A DNA stretch of 64,000 nucleotides from the NCBI GenBank assembly GCA_902579605.1, contig CACHHD010000002.1, positions 22,442-86,441 of the forward strand, given 5' to 3'. The notes below the pieces were generated by a model. That model ran no database searches and had not been told where the DNA came from. It saw nothing but the letters and a program-made list of their open reading frames with translations. Positions within the stretch are counted from its first letter, which is position 1; the number at the start of each line of letters is the position of its first letter. The translations under genes and the position numbers were made by a program. Shown in pieces: positions 19,706 to 27,705 of this stretch. The DNA is from an uncultured Pelagibacteraceae bacterium. GTDB taxonomy: Bacteria > Pseudomonadota > Alphaproteobacteria > Pelagibacterales > Pelagibacteraceae.

Positions 19706-20947
19706 TTAGCCTCGCTCTGACCACTTAGGTATTGGGTGGTAGAATTTGTCTGAAGCCCATTTTGTTGGAGCAACAACTTTATTCTCACACGTATCACCTT
19801 TACATCTTACTTGGAACAAGATCATTGGCTTGGCAACGTTTTGGCCGCCAGGTCCAAATTTAATGTTTCCATAGAAAGTTTGCATTTCAGTGTCAACTAG
19901 CGCATCTCTAACTTTATCTCTATCAAATGAATTTGCTCTTTCGAACGCATCTTTGAATACTAATAAAGCAGCAGATGATTCAGCTGATTGGTAAGGCGGT
20001 GCGTAACCAAATTCTTTTTTAAAGTCTTTGTCATACTTTTTGCCTGAACCAAAAAACTTATCTTTGTAGCTTAAGTTTTTATGCCACTGAGAAGCACATA
20101 GTGCGTATTCTGAATTCTTTCCATGTTGTTTAGAAAGTTTTGCAGCATCGCAATGTGTCATCGCTAACATTGGAACATCAACTTTCATCTCAGAAATTTG
20201 TCTGATTGCAGTTAATGCACCTTTAGTGTGGCCAGATACAACAAGTACATCAGGTTTAGTTGCTTTAACTTTAGCTAATGTAGCAGCCATATCATTTAAC
20301 TCTTTTGGTAATTTATCATCGATTATAATCTCTGATCCAGTTCTTTTAGCTGCATCTAAGATTCCAAGTCTCACGTCTTGTGAGAATGCATCTTGTTCAA
20401 ATGCTTGTGCTATTCTAACTGGTTTACCACCATTTTTTTCAACAGCAAGATCGATTGCTACTTCGAGGTATTGGTTAGCAGGTGATAACACTGCGAACAA
20501 ATATTTATATCCTTTTGTAAATAAAGATCTTGATGCACCGTTTGCTTCAACCATAGGAATTTTATATTTCTCGGTTACTGGTGCAATGGCTTTCGTTAAA
20601 CCTGAACTGTATGGTCCAAGCATGTAATGAACGCCGTCCTGTTTGATTAGTCTTTCAGCTAACTGAGCAGCTCTTTTAGGGTTTGACTCATCATCGTAAT
20701 AAATGATTTCAAACTTGTAACTTTTTCCACCAACTTTTACGCCACCCATTTTGTTAATTCTGTCAACGGCCATGTTATAACCGTTTTGAGTGTGTACCCC
20801 GTTAGAAGAATATTTTCCTGTAAGAGATATTGCAGAACCTAACACAATGTATTCACCGTCGACTTTTGCGAAAGAAGATGTAAAAGATACAAGTGTTAAA
20901 GTTATAGCTGAAATAGATGTAATAAATAGTTTTACTAATTTATTCAT
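19706..20947 (-). CDS. LIV-type (Peripla_BP_6) ABC substrate-binding protein; ligand uncertain
   Basis: Signal peptide; SLTGKYS, YYDDESNP and GPYSSGLT motifs; AAGGAG RBS. Confidence 0.9.
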   Translation of the reverse strand: MNKLVKLFITSISAITLTLVSFTSSFAKVDGEYIVLGSAISLTGKYSSNGVHTQNGYNMAVDRINKMGGVKVGGKSYKFEIIYYDDESNPKRAAQLAERLIKQDGVHYMLGPYSSGLTKAIAPVTEKYKIPMVEANGASRSLFTKGYKYLFAVLSPANQYLEVAIDLAVEKNGGKPVRIAQAFEQDAFSQDVRLGILDAAKRTGSEIIIDDKLPKELNDMAATLAKVKATKPDVLVVSGHTKGALTAIRQISEMKVDVPMLAMTHCDAAKLSKQHGKNSEYALCASQWHKNLSYKDKFFGSGKKYDKDFKKEFGYAPPYQSAESSAALLVFKDAFERANSFDRDKVRDALVDTEMQTFYGNIKFGPGGQNVAKPMILFQVRCKGDTCENKVVAPTKWASDKFYHPIPKWSERG

Positions 20948-21024
20948 TATTTCTCCTTCGTTAATTAATTAATTAATTACAAATTAAAACAAGAATTATT
21001 AAAAATGGCAACAGTAAGAATTAA

Positions 21025-21639
21025 TTAATAGTTTTCTGTAAGCGCGACATAAACTGCAATTATCAGAAGTACACACGCAGAGATTGTATTTAATATTCTT
21101 GGATTGTTTTTTAACCAAGCAGCGATTTTTCTTGCTGCAAGCCCATACATCATTAAACTTAAAAAATCTAAAGACATCCAAGTACATATTAAAATTAAAA
21201 ATTGAGAAATTACATTCTCATTAAAATTAATAAATGTTACAAATATCGTTCCAAAAAAAACTAGTGCTTTAGGACTTAATCCTGCAACTATAAATCCATC
21301 CCTGTACATTGCTAAATTACTTTTAATTACTTTATTTTCAGTATCAACCTTTTTAATTTTTTGCACATAGGTCTCATAGGATAGATAAATAAGATATATA
21401 ATTCCTGCCCATTTCAAATATGTAAATATTTTTGGATTATCAATTAGCATACTTCCAATTACAAAAGTCACTAAAGAGGCTTGAACAAAATTAGCTGATA
21501 TGTCTCCGAAAGCAGTCCAAACTGATTTTCTTAAACCATGGTTAATAGTATTTGAAACTATTACAACTCTAGGAGGTCCGGGTGTGATAAAATAAAACAG
21601 TATTAATTGGATGTAAATAAAGTAATTTTCAGGAAACAT
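21025..21639 (-). CDS. LysE/RhtB family exporter
   Basis: ITPGPP and SPKAL motifs; hydrophobic. Confidence 0.85.
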   Translation of the reverse strand: MFPENYFIYIQLILFYFITPGPPRVVIVSNTINHGLRKSVWTAFGDISANFVQASLVTFVIGSMLIDNPKIFTYLKWAGIIYLIYLSYETYVQKIKKVDTENKVIKSNLAMYRDGFIVAGLSPKALVFFGTIFVTFINFNENVISQFLILICTWMSLDFLSLMMYGLAARKIAAWLKNNPRILNTISACVLLIIAVYVALTENY

Positions 21640-21663
21640 TATAATGTTATATATATTTTTTTT

Positions 21664-21960
21664 ATGAAGAAGAGAAGTCTAATTCCTGAGACAAGAGTTA
21701 AAAATGCAGAGCCTAAGAAATATGATGAAGATTGGATAATTTGGGCTGCATGGGCTGACAGAATTACATTTGAAGAAATACAAAAAAAAACAGGAAAGAG
21801 AGAGTCTGAAGTCATCAAAATTATGCGAAAGAATTTAAAAAAAAATTCTTTTAAACTTTGGAGAAAAAGAGTTCATAATACAAGCATTAAGCATAGAAAA
21901 AAATTTAAAGAGGGTAGAAAAAAAATTAGAGAAAAGATAAAGATAAGTGATATAAATTAA
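21664..21960 (+). CDS. TIGR03643 (DUF2805) family protein
   Basis: AW.DR..FE.I, E.EVIKIMR and SFKLWRKRV motifs. Start moved to ATG 21664 to avoid overlap with the LysE gene. Confidence 0.8.
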   Translation: MKKRSLIPETRVKNAEPKKYDEDWIIWAAWADRITFEEIQKKTGKRESEVIKIMRKNLKKNSFKLWRKRVHNTSIKHRKKFKEGRKKIREKIKISDIN

Positions 21961-21962
21961 TT

Positions 21963-22217
21963 ATGAAAAAAGTTACTATGTATACTGGAAATCCATGCTC
22001 ATTTTGTGAGGCAGCAAAAGCTCTTTTGAAAACAAAAAATGTTGAAATAGAAGAATTAGATATTTGGAAAGATCCTGCAAAAGCAAAAGAAATGATACAA
22101 AGAACGAACGGCGCTAAAACCATACCTCAAATTTTTATTGGTGACCATTATATTGGTGGTAATGATAAACTTCAGGCTGCAAATAGAAGCGGCGAGTTAG
22201 ATAAATTACTCACTTAA
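21963..22217 (+). CDS. grxC: Glutaredoxin 3
   Basis: CSFC active site and TIPQIFIG..IGG motif. Confidence 0.9.
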   Translation: MKKVTMYTGNPCSFCEAAKALLKTKNVEIEELDIWKDPAKAKEMIQRTNGAKTIPQIFIGDHYIGGNDKLQAANRSGELDKLLT

Positions 22218-22218
22218 C

Positions 22219-23118
22219 TTATTTTAAATCTGTTAATAAAGGCATCGAATTACCTGCACCAAGTTTTAATGTTGATAAACCTGCCACTTGATTAGCAATA
22301 TTTAAACACTCCTTAATGCTTTTATTCTTTGACAAAGCGTAGGCCAATCCACCGTTAAAAGCATCACCTGCACCAGTTGTATCTTCAACTTTTTTAAATG
22401 GAAGAGCTTTAATATAGATTTCCTCATTGCCATCGGAATAAAAAAGTCCCTTTTCTCCCAAAGTAATTATTACCTTTTTAAGTCCTAACGCTAAAAGTTT
22501 TTTTGCGCTTTCTTTTGCATCACTTTCATTCTTTATTTTTACTCCGGTATAAAATTCTGCCTCTGCTTCATTCGGAGTAAAATAGTCAGCTAAAGTAAAA
22601 AATTCCTTATCTAATTTACATGCTGGTGCAGGGTTCAAAATATTTATCAAACCATTTTCTTTAGCTGCTTTCAAACAATGTAACGTCACTTCTATTGGTA
22701 TTTCTAATTGAGTTAAGAATATTTTTGATTTTTTTATTATATTTATATCTATTTCATCTTTAGTAAAACTCGCTGGAGCACCTCTAACAACAGTAATTGC
22801 ATTCTGTCCAGTATTACTATCAACGTGGATGCCTGCAACTCCTGTTTGATGCTCTTTTGAAATTATGATGTTAGATGTATCTATTTTATTTTGTTTAAGA
22901 GAGTCTAAAGCAAGTTTACCGTAATCATCATTTCCAATTTTAGAAATAAAGTTCACATTGCATCCCAATCTTGCTAGAGCTATTGCTTGATTGCAACCTT
23001 TCCCACCCGGGCCAATATTATATTTATCACCAAGGATAGTTTCACCAGTTATTGGAATTTTATTTGCTGAAAAACTTAGGTCTGCTACAAATATACCTAG
23101 AACAGTAACTTCACTCAT
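22219..23118 (-). CDS. rbsK: Ribokinase (PfkB family)
   Basis: GGKGCNQA, NPAPA, TPNE.EA and DTTGAGDAF motifs. Confidence 0.88.
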   Translation of the reverse strand: MSEVTVLGIFVADLSFSANKIPITGETILGDKYNIGPGGKGCNQAIALARLGCNVNFISKIGNDDYGKLALDSLKQNKIDTSNIIISKEHQTGVAGIHVDSNTGQNAITVVRGAPASFTKDEIDINIIKKSKIFLTQLEIPIEVTLHCLKAAKENGLINILNPAPACKLDKEFFTLADYFTPNEAEAEFYTGVKIKNESDAKESAKKLLALGLKKVIITLGEKGLFYSDGNEEIYIKALPFKKVEDTTGAGDAFNGGLAYALSKNKSIKECLNIANQVAGLSTLKLGAGNSMPLLTDLK

Positions 23119-23831
23119 TAACCAAGCTTAGTTAGAAAAGGAAAAGTTGTCAAAATATAATAGCTTATAACCTGTATTGAATTTGTAAGTATCAAAATAC
23201 CAGTGATCAACAAAATTACTCCACCGCCTGTTTTAACTTTTGAGTAGTGTTTGCCAAACCCTTTTTTAGAGTTTAAAAAAATCGTCATATAATAACCAGA
23301 AAGTATAAAAGGTATTGCAAGCCCAAGAGAGTAAAAAGATAGTAATATTACTCCACTTACTATAGTTGTTTCAGTAGCTGACAAAGCTAAAATTGAACCT
23401 AATACAGGACCTATACATGGCGTCCATCCAAAAGCAAACGCAGCGCCTACAACAAAAGGAAAAACAAAATTATCTTTATAATTTCCGGTGTCTATTTTCT
23501 TATCTTGATTAAGAAAATTAAAATTTAAAATACCTATAAAATTAAGAGAAAATAAAATAATTATAATACCAGCGGCTATCCTAAGTTCTTTACCAAAAAA
23601 GATTAATACATTCCCTAGAAATGATGCGGCCATTCCTAGACTAATGAAAACAAAAGAGAATCCTAAAGCAAAAATAATTGTTTTAATCAGAACAACTTTT
23701 TTATCCTTATCTATTTCATCTAGTTTTTTTCCTGTAATGTAAGATATGTAACCAGGTATTATAGGTAAAACACAAGGAGTTAAGAAGCTTATAAATCCAG
23801 CGCCAAAGGCTAAGAATGATTTAATTAACAT
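23118..23831 (-). CDS. ccdA: Cytochrome c biogenesis protein CcdA
   Basis: SFLTPCVLP and FGWTPCIGP motifs. Confidence 0.92.
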   Translation of the reverse strand: MLIKSFLAFGAGFISFLTPCVLPIIPGYISYITGKKLDEIDKDKKVVLIKTIIFALGFSFVFISLGMAASFLGNVLIFFGKELRIAAGIIIILFSLNFIGILNFNFLNQDKKIDTGNYKDNFVFPFVVGAAFAFGWTPCIGPVLGSILALSATETTIVSGVILLSFYSLGLAIPFILSGYYMTIFLNSKKGFGKHYSKVKTGGGVILLITGILILTNSIQVISYYILTTFPFLTKLG

Positions 23832-23854
23832 AAATTAATGATACAATTATCATA

Positions 23855-24196
23855 ATGATTATTAAATACATAAGTTTTTTACTAGGGTTAATATGGTCCT
23901 ACTCATTTATTAAAACTCAATCAATTTTTAGTAATAAAACTGCGTTATTATTCAAAATATTTATTTCAAAAGTATCGTGGTTTACTTTCATTGCAGCCTG
24001 TTATTTTGGTTACAAAAACTTTTCATTTAAGGCAACATTAATTGGTATTGCTATAGCTGTAATCATTGTACATTTGAATTTTTTCTTTTTATCTAATTAT
24101 TTTAGCAAAAGAATAGGACAAGATAATCTTATAAAAATTAAAACAGTATTTGAGTATGTGTTAATTGCCTTTATTGTGTATTTTGTTTTTTTTTAG
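23855..24196 (+). CDS. Hypothetical membrane protein
   Basis: 113 aa with about four hydrophobic segments; fills the gap between ccdA and the phosphatase gene. Confidence 0.65.
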   Translation: MIIKYISFLLGLIWSYSFIKTQSIFSNKTALLFKIFISKVSWFTFIAACYFGYKNFSFKATLIGIAIAVIIVHLNFFFLSNYFSKRIGQDNLIKIKTVFEYVLIAFIVYFVFF

Positions 24197-24744
24197 TCTG
24201 TTGGAATTGTGCTTAGCACATTAAATTTTTTGTCTGTAATTACTATTTCTCCTGAACTAGGAACTGCATCAGTAATAGCAGTAATTATACTGTAATGAGT
24301 TATTAAAACTAAGTTACCTCCATCGCCGTCCCAGTTATTAATAAATGTTCGAAGCTGCTTAAGTTGTTTGGGTTCATTTTCCGCGAATGATGACTGGAAG
24401 GTTGAATTTAAAGCAGAAAACTCGAAATAATTTTTAAATGCGTATTTTGCAGTATCTTTACATCTACACCATTGACTACTTAAAACTTTATCTACAGGAA
24501 TTTTATTTTTTTTAAATAGTTTACCTATAGCTTTCGATTGTTCAATCCCAACCTTATTTAAGTTTCTTTGTGTCTTACAATCATTTATTTTAAATCCCGG
24601 AGGATCTCCACCTCCTGGAGCTAGTGCGTGCCTAATTAATATTATTTTATCCCCTTCTTTTGCTTCGGCCCATAAATCCTTAGCAACTAGACTTTGAAAA
24701 TTTAATAGTTGAGAGAATATTAATAAGTAAAAAATCTTTTTCAT
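24193..24744 (-). CDS. Histidine phosphatase family protein (exported)
   Basis: LIRHA, QRNL, SSQWCRC..TA and LITH motifs; N-terminal signal. Confidence 0.85.
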   Translation of the reverse strand: MKKIFYLLIFSQLLNFQSLVAKDLWAEAKEGDKIILIRHALAPGGGDPPGFKINDCKTQRNLNKVGIEQSKAIGKLFKKNKIPVDKVLSSQWCRCKDTAKYAFKNYFEFSALNSTFQSSFAENEPKQLKQLRTFINNWDGDGGNLVLITHYSIITAITDAVPSSGEIVITDKKFNVLSTIPTD

Positions 24745-25118
24745 TCTTTAGGTTTGAAAACTAAACATGTTCCATTATTACAATATCTTTTACCAGTAGG
24801 TTTTGGTCCATCATCAAATAAATGTCCATGGTGTCCTTTACAGTTTTTGCAGTGATATTCAGTTCTTGGATAACCAATTAGATTGTCAGTTTTTGTTTCA
24901 AATACATCAGGAAGAGATTTAAAAAATGATGGCCATCCAGTTCCACTGTCAAATTTCATGCCAGAGTCAAATAGTTTTATACCACAACCAGCGCAATGAT
25001 AAGCGCCTTCTCTTTTTTCATTATTTAATGGACTTGATCCTGGAGGTTCCGTGCCTTCTTGTTTTAAAATATAATTTTGTTCTGGAGTTAAGTTGGCGTC
25101 CCAATCTTTATTTTTCAT
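24741..25118 (-). CDS. msrB: Peptide methionine-R-sulfoxide reductase
   Basis: [25 protein letters not shown] and RYCNN motifs, two CxxC. Start set at MKNKDW (25118). Confidence 0.93.
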   Translation of the reverse strand: MKNKDWDANLTPEQNYILKQEGTEPPGSSPLNNEKREGAYHCAGCGIKLFDSGMKFDSGTGWPSFFKSLPDVFETKTDNLIGYPRTEYHCKNCKGHHGHLFDDGPKPTGKRYCNNGTCLVFKPKE

Positions 25119-25686
25119 CTTTAACTTTATCATCGACACCATAAGGTTTAAACGTGCCTTTGTTTCCAACTTTTATTTCTTTAGCAGGTATACCGATCAC
25201 AGTTGCATTTTCTTTTACATCATTAACCACAACAGCATTAGCAGCAATTCTAGAATTATTTCCAATTTTTACTGGGCCTAAAATTTGAGCGCCTGAACCG
25301 ATTACAACATCATTACCAATTGAGGGATGTCTTTTTTCATGTCTTTGTCTTTCACTGTCAATGCTAGGAGATATACCTCCTAAAGTAACCGCATGATAAA
25401 TTGTTACGTTATCTCCTATCTCGGAAGTTTCTCCTATTACAACTCCCATTCCATGGTCTATAAATAAATTTTTTCCTATTTTTGCTCCTGGATGAATTTC
25501 TATTCCTGTAAAAAATCTCGCTGTTTGAGAAATAATTCTGGCAATTAAATCAAATCCAGCTACAAAAAAAAAGTTTGCAATCTTATGAAGAAAAACTGCC
25601 TTAACTCCTGGGTAAGTGAGAATAATACTCAGTATAGATTTTGCCGCAGGATCTCTCGATTTTATAGATTCTAAATAATCATTCAT
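25108..25686 (-). CDS. cysE: Serine O-acetyltransferase
   Basis: [28 protein letters not shown] and KRHP motifs. Start set at ATG 25686. Confidence 0.93.
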   Translation of the reverse strand: MNDYLESIKSRDPAAKSILSIILTYPGVKAVFLHKIANFFFVAGFDLIARIISQTARFFTGIEIHPGAKIGKNLFIDHGMGVVIGETSEIGDNVTIYHAVTLGGISPSIDSERQRHEKRHPSIGNDVVIGSGAQILGPVKIGNNSRIAANAVVVNDVKENATVIGIPAKEIKVGNKGTFKPYGVDDKVKDEK

Positions 25687-25743
25687 ACTATGTATATAAT
25701 GACTACTTGAAAAATTTAAAGAATTATTTATAACGCTTAAATC

Positions 25744-26142
25744 ATGAGCAAACCTTTTCATCTAGCTATACCAGCAGGAAACTTAGATACTGCTATAGAT
25801 TTTTATAAAAATATTCTTGGATGCAAATTAGGTAATGGGGAAAAGGGTAAATGGATAGATGTGGATTTTTGGGGTAATGAATTAACTCTTCATAAGACTG
25901 AAACAAAACTTCCTAGAGAAAGACATGATGTGGATATGGGTAAAGTGCCTGTACCTCATTTTGGTGTCCATTTAAATCCTGATGTATTTGCAAAAATTAA
26001 AAGCAATATAGAAGCTCATGATAAAGTTAATTATTTAGATAACCCTTACACAAGATTCAAAGGTCAAAAAGAAGAGCAAGAAACATTCTTTATTGAAGAT
26101 CCACATGGTAACGTTTTAGAGCTAAAAACAATGAAGAATTAG
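25744..26142 (+). CDS. VOC/glyoxalase family protein
   Basis: PFHLAIP, VPVPHFG and DP.GN.LELK motifs. Confidence 0.85.
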   Translation: MSKPFHLAIPAGNLDTAIDFYKNILGCKLGNGEKGKWIDVDFWGNELTLHKTETKLPRERHDVDMGKVPVPHFGVHLNPDVFAKIKSNIEAHDKVNYLDNPYTRFKGQKEEQETFFIEDPHGNVLELKTMKN

Positions 26143-26145
26143 TCA

Positions 26146-26175
26146 TTGACTAATAAACATATAAATTGATATATT
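26146..26175 (+). promoter_or_regulatory. Putative sigma70 promoter of the metY leader
   Basis: TTGACT, 18-nt spacer, extended TGn-TATATT, directly upstream of the SAM-II aptamer. Confidence 0.55.
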
Positions 26176-26180
26176 TATTT

Positions 26181-26230
26181 AGCGCCGAGTTAATACAAAT
26201 TGCGGGCGCTTAACAAATCCAGCTAAAGCG
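26181..26230 (+). ncRNA. SAM-II (SAM_alpha) riboswitch aptamer, variant
   Basis: P1 AGCGCC/GGCGCT; loop GAGTT...TTGC; A-rich linker; 3' GCTAAA pseudoknot strand; located upstream of metY. Confidence 0.8.
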
Positions 26231-26241
26231 TCAAGTCTCAG

Positions 26242-26270
26242 ACCACCGCTTTAGTCGGTGGTTTTTTTTT
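26242..26270 (+). terminator. Riboswitch-controlled intrinsic terminator between the SAM-II and SAM-V aptamers
   Basis: ACCACCG-CTTTAGT-CGGTGGT followed by a T run. Confidence 0.88.
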
Positions 26271-26282
26271 AGAAAAATAAAA

Positions 26283-26340
26283 CCAGGTATTTGAACTGTA
26301 TTGTACACCTGGCATTTTGCCGAAGTACTAAAAAAGGAGA
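26283..26340 (+). ncRNA. SAM-V riboswitch overlapping the metY RBS
   Basis: CCAGGT-ATTTGAACTGTATTGTAC-ACCTGG...GTACTAAAA-AAGGAG matches the Pelagibacter metY SAM-V core (AUUUGAACUGUAUUGUAC...GUACUAAA). Confidence 0.92.
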
Positions 26341-26345
26341 AAAAA

Positions 26346-27641
26346 ATGACAAAAAAAATTAAACATCCAGAAACAATAGGTTTACATGGAGGTGACTATC
26401 GAAGCGACCCAGCAACTACGTCGGTAGCCGTACCTATTTATCAAACAACTTCTTATCAATTTAAAGATGCAAAAACTGCCGCAAATTTATTTGGTTTAAA
26501 AGAATTTGGAAATATTTATACAAGAATAAATAATCCTACTTGTGACGTCCTAGAAAAAAGAGTTGCAGCGCTTGAAGGCGGAATGGCTGCGGTGGCAGTT
26601 GGTTCTGGTCAAGCTGCTTCTGCTTTTTGTGTTCAGAATGTTGCTCAAGCAGGAGATAATATAGTTTCATCTACGGATTTATATGGAGGAACAGTTAATT
26701 TATTTAAAAATACTTTAAGAATGCAAGGTATAGAAGTAAGATTTGCAGATCCATCTGATCCAAAAAACTTTGAAAAACTTACTGATGAAAAAACTAGAGC
26801 TTACTATGGTGAGTCTTGTCCAAATCCTTATTTAAGAGTATTTCCAATTAAAGAAGTTGCTGATATTGGAAAAAAACATGGTGTTCCACTTATAATTGAT
26901 AACACTGCAGCGCCAGTAATTTGTAAACCATTAGAACATGGTGCAGCTGTTGTTATGCATTCATTAACAAAATATATTGCAGGTCATGGTACTTCTATTG
27001 GAGGAATAATTGTTGATGGAGGAACTTTTGATTGGGTTAAAGATCCAAAGAGACAACCTTTGTACAATACTCCTGATCCAAGTTATAATGGTGCGATTTG
27101 GGGGAGAGATGTTCCAAAGATGACTGGAGCAAATGTTGCTTTTGCTGTAAGAGCTCGTGTTGTGCTTTTACGTGACCTAGGTGCTCCTTTGTCACCTTTC
27201 AATGCATTCCAAATTATTCAAGGTTTGGAAACTGTAGCTTTGAGAATGAAACAACATTGCGCTAACGCGGAGAAAGTTGTTAAATTTTTAGAATCACAAA
27301 AAAAAGTTAAAAATGTAATCTATCCAACTAATCACCAGGGTGAGATAAGAGAAAGAGCAAAAAGATATATGAACGGTGGTTATGGTTCTTTAGTAGGTAT
27401 GGATTTAGGTTCTAAAGAAGCTGGAGCAAAATTTATTGATAATTTAAAGTTACTTTATCATGTGGCTAATATCGGAGATGCTAGAAGTTTGGCGATCCAT
27501 CCAGCATCTACAACTCATAGTCAGCTTAATGAAAAACAACTTCAAGAAGCTGGGGTAACACCGGGGTACGTCAGATTGTCCATAGGTATAGAGCATCCTG
27601 ACGATATTATTGCTGATATTGAACAAGCTTTAGCTGCATAA
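26346..27641 (+). CDS. metY: O-acetylhomoserine aminocarboxypropyltransferase (sulfhydrylase)
   Basis: PIYQTTSY, GNIYTRI.NPT, HSLTKY (PLP lysine) and ANIGDARSLAIHPASTTH motifs. True start is ATG 26346 after AAGGAG. Confidence 0.93.
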   Translation: MTKKIKHPETIGLHGGDYRSDPATTSVAVPIYQTTSYQFKDAKTAANLFGLKEFGNIYTRINNPTCDVLEKRVAALEGGMAAVAVGSGQAASAFCVQNVAQAGDNIVSSTDLYGGTVNLFKNTLRMQGIEVRFADPSDPKNFEKLTDEKTRAYYGESCPNPYLRVFPIKEVADIGKKHGVPLIIDNTAAPVICKPLEHGAAVVMHSLTKYIAGHGTSIGGIIVDGGTFDWVKDPKRQPLYNTPDPSYNGAIWGRDVPKMTGANVAFAVRARVVLLRDLGAPLSPFNAFQIIQGLETVALRMKQHCANAEKVVKFLESQKKVKNVIYPTNHQGEIRERAKRYMNGGYGSLVGMDLGSKEAGAKFIDNLKLLYHVANIGDARSLAIHPASTTHSQLNEKQLQEAGVTPGYVRLSIGIEHPDDIIADIEQALAA

Positions 27642-27663
27642 CTTTTTAGTTAGCTAGATTTAC

Positions 27664-27692
27664 TTGACGTCTAAATGACTTCAAAATAATAT
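27664..27692 (+). promoter_or_regulatory. Putative sigma70 promoter of the dehydrogenase-etf operon
   Basis: TTGACG-N17-TAATAT, ending 13 nt before the ATG. Confidence 0.55.
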
Positions 27693-27705
27693 TTGTTTTT
27701 ATTCT

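Noticed and set aside
26301-26345. TTG-start 15-aa extension of MetY
   Set aside because: It lies inside the SAM-V aptamer; the AAGGAG RBS supports ATG 26346.
27642-27705. Glycine riboswitch ahead of the GcvT-domain gene (also looked for ahead of soxB)
   Set aside because: The spacers are too short (64 and ~25 bp) and lack the GGAGA...CCGAAG aptamer core.
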